Assembly (NCBI GenBank): GCA_008369845.1
Contig: MRSU01009132.1
Location: forward strand, 1-35,361
Length of the DNA stretch: 35,361 bases
Direction of reading: 5' to 3'
Source of the DNA: Trichomonas gallinae
Lineage: Eukaryota
Shown here: positions 30,180 to 35,361 of the stretch, in pieces
Numbering within the stretch: the first letter of the stretch is position 1
How the letters are laid out: each line of letters begins with the position of its first letter
Position numbers and translations under genes: made by a program
Notes under the pieces: model-generated
What the model was told of the DNA's origin: nothing
Database searches by the model: none
Seen by the model: the letters and a program-made list of their open reading frames with translations, nothing else

Positions 30180-33026
30180 ATGACGAATCGGAGCCCCGAT
30201 ATTAAGCTCCAGGATCTTCTTTCTTCTGCTCTATCGCAATGCGAACAGACACTCCGGGCATCTCAAGATCGGACTCCTAATCTCTCAAAGCAAAATTTTA
30301 TGATCAGTCTATTAAAATGTCAAATTATACTTGCGAGATTGCTCGTTGCCTTCAGATTCTCGAAGTATCCGTATATGAAAATGCTAAACATCTCGAGGAA
30401 AAAGGAAATGAACAACGTAGCAAACAGATCGATTTTTCAACTCCAAAATTTATACAAAAAACTCCAGGAAAACAAACTGATTCCGCTCCCGAGTGTCGAG
30501 GAACATGCAGAAATAGAAGAAAGTATCGAAAATCCGCAAAATATTGCAAATAATGATTTTACTTTCTTATTTATTAACCAAATTCCTCAGCGACTGAAGC
30601 AAATTAGAATTATACGTAACAGAGCATATTTTAAATGTCCAAATGAATATTCGTTCGTAATTCGAAAAAACAGAAAAAACGAATTTAAATTAAAGTCATA
30701 CACGATCAATTGGCCCAAAAATATAACATTTCCGGATATAACTCTCAAAATGATTTCTAATCTCATCAAGTTCTACTTAGAAACTCCGAATACAGCTCTC
30801 GCAAATATCGATCGCGTATTACATTTATTCTATTCGACCTCAGAGCTTCCCCTCATCACCAAAGAGCTCGGGAAACTTACAAATGATTTCAGTTTCACGT
30901 TAACAAGAAAATATAATAAAATTATCTGCAATTTTGGAGAATTTTACGGTTTCCATGGCAAATTTATCTTCGAAATGGATCATGAAATCCTAAAAATGTC
31001 ATCGTGTGCTCCAATATTCGTTATTTTCGACATATCCAAAAAAATATTCTTTCCAGGTAAATTCATAGAAACTCCTCATACACTCGCATCAACAGATTTG
31101 GTTTCCTGTCCTCCCTCGATGTTCAATTACGGACTTCCAAGCGGAACTCATAAATTCGCGGAAATTTTGATAAGAAACGTTCGCGATTCTGTCGTTTTTA
31201 CTCGTCTGAGGAATGTTTGGAACCCTCTGATGCGTTATTTGACGTATATTGGGGGCACACACCTCATTCCAAAGTTTGATTTTGATTTTAATTTTTGTTT
31301 CAAGTCAAAAATCAATGTTTATTCGTCAGTCAATTTCTATCTATTCGGAATATCTATCGACGCGCCAACTGGCCAGCTCCATTTAGACATTTTCAATAAT
31401 TATATCAAACTTTCGAAATACGCCGTTTGGTCAAACACGAGAGAGATCCTTGATCTCCTCGAAAGTCTTTGCGTTAACTTTATTTTCCGTTCTGCAACAA
31501 GAATCTCGCAAAATGTTTTCGTTCCGACTTCAGAGTTTCATTATCCGAGCATCAACTTCGTTACGAGCTACTCAGACTATTTTTACATCAAATACGTTTC
31601 TACAAACGGTTATCCGTTTATGCAAATTCTTGATACAAAAGGAGAAGTCTACAACTGCCCGGATTTGATCAAATCTCATCACCTGGGCACATCAAGTTCG
31701 TGGAAAAATCTCACAAATACAACTACAAACGCAACAAATTTTATTTTTATCCTCGAAGTTGAAAGAATTTTGAACGAAAAGGGCTTTAAATGCATTAGAA
31801 GCCCTTACTCAGTACTTTTCTTCGCTGAAGGATTTGCTAGATGCGTTATTTCTCTGTGCTCGCAATTTTGCTGGAAACTCTCGGTTAAAATTCATTCTCC
31901 AATCTCGCCTGCATTTTTTGACTACAAATACTGCATTTCTGGCTCAGTTACAGATGCCAGAAGCCCTCATGTTGCTGTTGAATCTTTTCTTTTTCTCAGC
32001 AAACTTCTCGACATCATTTCTCATACAAGCCTCGGCTTTCCTGGGGGTGAAAGCGACAGAGAACTCTGCATATATGAGAGCAGACTCCCAAATAACTCAA
32101 AATTCTCTGTTTCCCCAGTTGAATATTTATTTCTTGAAGGTTCCTCGGACAAAAAAGTCAACTGGAGGCTTGGAAACATGTTCCCGTCTATTCAAATGCA
32201 TGTTTTGGGTGGAAATCAAATTAATTTCAATTTCGAAACAATCAAAGTGTTGGCAAAACCAGCTCCATCACTCGCCGCCTTCCTCAGCCACACAATCCTA
32301 ATGATGCAAAGGGTCCAAAAATGCTTAAGCAGCAAATGGAGCTTTATTTATCAATCACTCACAGCTTTCCATTTAGTTTACGAGAATATTTTTACTATAC
32401 CCTGCGAGATCAGGCCAGCGAACTTGGTCCTCCTCTACTGCACGCCAATTCCGCCAGCCAGTTCTGTTATCGTTCCATTATTATCTGCGAAAATCCTAGA
32501 AGCGGCCAATGGAAGGACAAACTTCAGATTTAGAATGACAGTCGACGAGTTCTGCAGAACAATAGAGAAAATTGCCCAGTATTGCACGAATATAAAAGCA
32601 TTCATCGATGCTGGCCTTCCTCCGACGCGTTTCGTGCAGACTCCAATCCCAAGAATGCAGGTAGACATGAATGGAGTCATTCTAGACATTTCTCTCGATA
32701 ATGTCAATATGAGTGCATCTGATTCGACTCTGAATCAGTATATACCGCACTGCCCGATTTCCCCTGCCTTCTGTGCAATGCTTTGCCAGATAACATCTCT
32801 TGTTTTGCAGAGAACTTTCATTACAGTAATCGCAGCAATCAACGCGTTATCGAAGAACGGCGCTGAGACAACTATAGCGTCAGCCACCTTTAGAGGCAGT
32901 AGAGTAGAGATAAATATCGCTGGATTTCCGTTCGAATTGTTCGGAACTACAGCAAGATGCGGAGATATGGCCTTCAAATGCGATGATTTCAATGAAGTCA
33001 AAGCTTATCTTGGTAATTTGTTTTAG
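30180..33026 (+). CDS. Probable divergent Mediator complex subunit 14 (Med14/Rgr1)
   Basis: First ATG at 30180, directly after Inr TCATT (30171). N-terminal blocks match, by eye and in order, the conserved Med14 region: IKLQDLL..., K..F...L.KCQIILARLLVAFRFS, IPQRLKQIRIIRNRAYFKCPNEY, LANIDRVLHLF. Confidence 0.65.
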   Translation: MTNRSPDIKLQDLLSSALSQCEQTLRASQDRTPNLSKQNFMISLLKCQIILARLLVAFRFSKYPYMKMLNISRKKEMNNVANRSIFQLQNLYKKLQENKLIPLPSVEEHAEIEESIENPQNIANNDFTFLFINQIPQRLKQIRIIRNRAYFKCPNEYSFVIRKNRKNEFKLKSYTINWPKNITFPDITLKMISNLIKFYLETPNTALANIDRVLHLFYSTSELPLITKELGKLTNDFSFTLTRKYNKIICNFGEFYGFHGKFIFEMDHEILKMSSCAPIFVIFDISKKIFFPGKFIETPHTLASTDLVSCPPSMFNYGLPSGTHKFAEILIRNVRDSVVFTRLRNVWNPLMRYLTYIGGTHLIPKFDFDFNFCFKSKINVYSSVNFYLFGISIDAPTGQLHLDIFNNYIKLSKYAVWSNTREILDLLESLCVNFIFRSATRISQNVFVPTSEFHYPSINFVTSYSDYFYIKYVSTNGYPFMQILDTKGEVYNCPDLIKSHHLGTSSSWKNLTNTTTNATNFIFILEVERILNEKGFKCIRSPYSVLFFAEGFARCVISLCSQFCWKLSVKIHSPISPAFFDYKYCISGSVTDARSPHVAVESFLFLSKLLDIISHTSLGFPGGESDRELCIYESRLPNNSKFSVSPVEYLFLEGSSDKKVNWRLGNMFPSIQMHVLGGNQINFNFETIKVLAKPAPSLAAFLSHTILMMQRVQKCLSSKWSFIYQSLTAFHLVYENIFTIPCEIRPANLVLLYCTPIPPASSVIVPLLSAKILEAANGRTNFRFRMTVDEFCRTIEKIAQYCTNIKAFIDAGLPPTRFVQTPIPRMQVDMNGVILDISLDNVNMSASDSTLNQYIPHCPISPAFCAMLCQITSLVLQRTFITVIAAINALSKNGAETTIASATFRGSRVEINIAGFPFELFGTTARCGDMAFKCDDFNEVKAYLGNLF

Positions 33027-33460
33027 TATGTTTGTTGTTATTTAATAAATGTTTGAATTATTTGTTATTTTCAAGTGCTCTATTGCCAAATCTTAAAAAT
33101 CAAATAAATTGATAACAAAATCTGTAATTGAAGAGTCCAAAACTTTATGAATTAGTAAATTTAATCTGAATTATAGTGGATTCAATAAGTGTTAATTTGT
33201 AATTTTGAAGAAAAAGACTAATTAAGTGTTAAAAAGTTGATATATTAACGAGAAAATGAACTAATCAAAGGATGTTAGCTTGATTAAAACTATAATCTAT
33301 AAGTTCCATAAACTATAAGTTAAAATAAAGAGAGTTGAACACAGATTTGTTTGATATAACAATATATTCAAGTCTTTTTTTCGTGACACTTTGAGAACAT
33401 ACTCTATGAATGCAAACTAACTTTCTATCATGGTTATTAATCTATATTTATATAAGAAAA

Positions 33461-34789
33461 TTATATAATATTTTGAATTGTTGATTCTGCTAATTCGATT
33501 AGAGTTTGGTCTTTTGCTTGAGCAATATATTCATCTAACTGATCTTCAAGTCCGCAATTTTGAAGAATTGGTTTCAATTCAGTATTAAATTGAAGCAAAC
33601 GATTTATGGACTTCAAAATATAATCAACTGATTCATTGTCATAGCCTATAATGTCCTCAAATATAAGACTAAGGTCAATGTTATATTTTAACACTTCATT
33701 TGGATCATAGAGAATTACTGCGTGAATAAACTTAATACACGATTGTTTGAGAATGAATGTACCATGGTGAATATGATATAATACGATTTCAATGACGTCT
33801 GTTGAAAAAATTTCATCCAAAAATTGTTCATTTCTTGTATTAAGGAAAGCGAGAAGTAATTCGAGGACTTTCGCTGGTGCTTCTCCTGTATTGTCGTTTA
33901 GACCGGTTTGTGGCCTTAATATCTCAACAAGCGCGTTGACAATATCGAAATCTTTGAAATCTATCATTGTTGGCACTGTTTTAACAATGGTAGTCAGTAT
34001 ATCGAGCAAATGTTCAATAAATCGGCCGTAACTTGGTGGAAGACGTTGAAATATACTGATTTGCATAAAAATTGCGAATGGAGGCTTTGCTAGTTCTTGG
34101 CAGACCTCAGGGAACTTCGCACATATATATTTCAGGCATAGCATTGCAGCTATGCAAACTCCGCTTCTATTTTCGATTAAATCAGCGTTAATTGCTAAAT
34201 TAAAAACTTTTTCCATTAAATGCATTAAAAACTCGCTGTCATCGATGTATTCGCATATATCTTTGAGGATAAATAATGATTTCATTCGTACACTGTGATT
34301 ATTGTAATCCAATAAATTAATAACGATTTCTGGAAATCCTGACTCAATAATTTTAACAAAACCGTCAGTAACACGTAGAAAAGCTGTTAATATTTCGCAA
34401 ATTCGTTCCATATATTTAGTTGTATCAAATTCGAGAATTGATTTGCAAATTTCGAGAAATTCTGGTGTGTTAAACATCTTTCCTATGAATGATGTTTCTG
34501 TAAATAACTTAGAAATCAAGAAAAGCGCTTGTGATAAATCAAATTCTGGAAAAGAATTTGGAATTTGGTAAATGGAAGCTGAAATCGCATCAAATATGTG
34601 GGATTCTTCGATTGCATCAATGTATGGTTGCTCAGGTGAATGATATAAAAAAAAGTATCCTAATTTCGCGAGAGTTTCTTCTGGATTTTCACCAAACATG
34701 CTGCATGTGTTCGCTATTATCCTGGTGTTTTCTTCTATGCTTGCTGATTCATCGAAAAATTCGTCTTCGTAAGATTGAATCGTTATCAT
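33461..34789 (-). CDS. Armadillo/HEAT-like repeat protein (distantly importin-alpha-like)
   Basis: 442-aa helical ORF with ARM-like motifs IIESGFPEIVINLL, HGTFILKQSC, LQNCGLEDQLDE, ELAESTIQ; no IBB domain seen. Confidence 0.7.
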   Translation of the reverse strand: MITIQSYEDEFFDESASIEENTRIIANTCSMFGENPEETLAKLGYFFLYHSPEQPYIDAIEESHIFDAISASIYQIPNSFPEFDLSQALFLISKLFTETSFIGKMFNTPEFLEICKSILEFDTTKYMERICEILTAFLRVTDGFVKIIESGFPEIVINLLDYNNHSVRMKSLFILKDICEYIDDSEFLMHLMEKVFNLAINADLIENRSGVCIAAMLCLKYICAKFPEVCQELAKPPFAIFMQISIFQRLPPSYGRFIEHLLDILTTIVKTVPTMIDFKDFDIVNALVEILRPQTGLNDNTGEAPAKVLELLLAFLNTRNEQFLDEIFSTDVIEIVLYHIHHGTFILKQSCIKFIHAVILYDPNEVLKYNIDLSLIFEDIIGYDNESVDYILKSINRLLQFNTELKPILQNCGLEDQLDEYIAQAKDQTLIELAESTIQNII

Positions 34790-35244
34790 TATTTAAACAA
34801 TGACCAAAAACATCATAAAATGCTTAAAATACCAACACAATAAGGGTTATAAACATCAAAAAACCAACAAAAACATTTCAATAGAAAATTTGAGAGAATA
34901 AAATGTTTAAAACTAGAAAATTAGCCACTATCCACAATCTACTTCTATTATACAACAACTTTAAAAATTTAAAAATCTAAAAATAGCAAAAAATCATAGT
35001 AAAAATCGACAATTTTACTAAATCTTTTTATTTTTTTCATTTTTCGCTAGAACTTTTTTCATTGTTTCAGCTCAAAAACATCATATACAACCAATTGTCA
35101 CGCATATAGTTGTTTAGTTATCATAAAACTAATATATTACCATAAAAAAATGATAGTAATACTATTGGTATTTCAAATTTTTATTATATTATTCAGTAAA
35201 TAAGTAGTAAAAAAAAAGATAATAAGTTCACAAACATCTATATT

Positions 35245-35361
<117 letters not shown>

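Noticed and set aside
33185..33325. Short repeats TAAGTGTTAA (x2) and AACTATAA/CTATAAGTT
   Set aside because: Short, AT-rich and few copies; not distinguishable from background.

Overview
AT-rich eukaryotic genomic DNA with intronless-looking genes, most consistent with a parabasalid (Trichomonas vaginalis-like). The organism is inferred from Inr (TCAYW), M3/M5 and M2 (AAAGTGAC) core-promoter motifs and from the gene families present. Genes in order: 5' end of ribosomal protein eS12, ankyrin-repeat protein, large neurobeachin/BEACH-type protein with a collapsed BEACH domain, PP2A B56 subunit, Ras GTPase, E-NTPDase, a 776-aa hypothetical protein, PPP phosphatase, atypical two-DBD E2F, an internally deleted Hsp70 pseudogene, a ubiquitin-like protein, a probable divergent Mediator subunit Med14, an ARM-repeat protein and the 3' end of histone H4. 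The long intergenic regions contain several decayed ORF relics and a few GC-rich structured islands. The most notable non-coding structures are a degenerate ~100-bp tandem array built on the M2 motif (29465-30085) and a recurrent near-palindromic upstream motif TTTACRNGTCAAAA. No CRISPR array, rRNA, tRNA or intact mobile element was seen, and no convincing multi-gene novel system was found. All family calls are by eye, with no database search.
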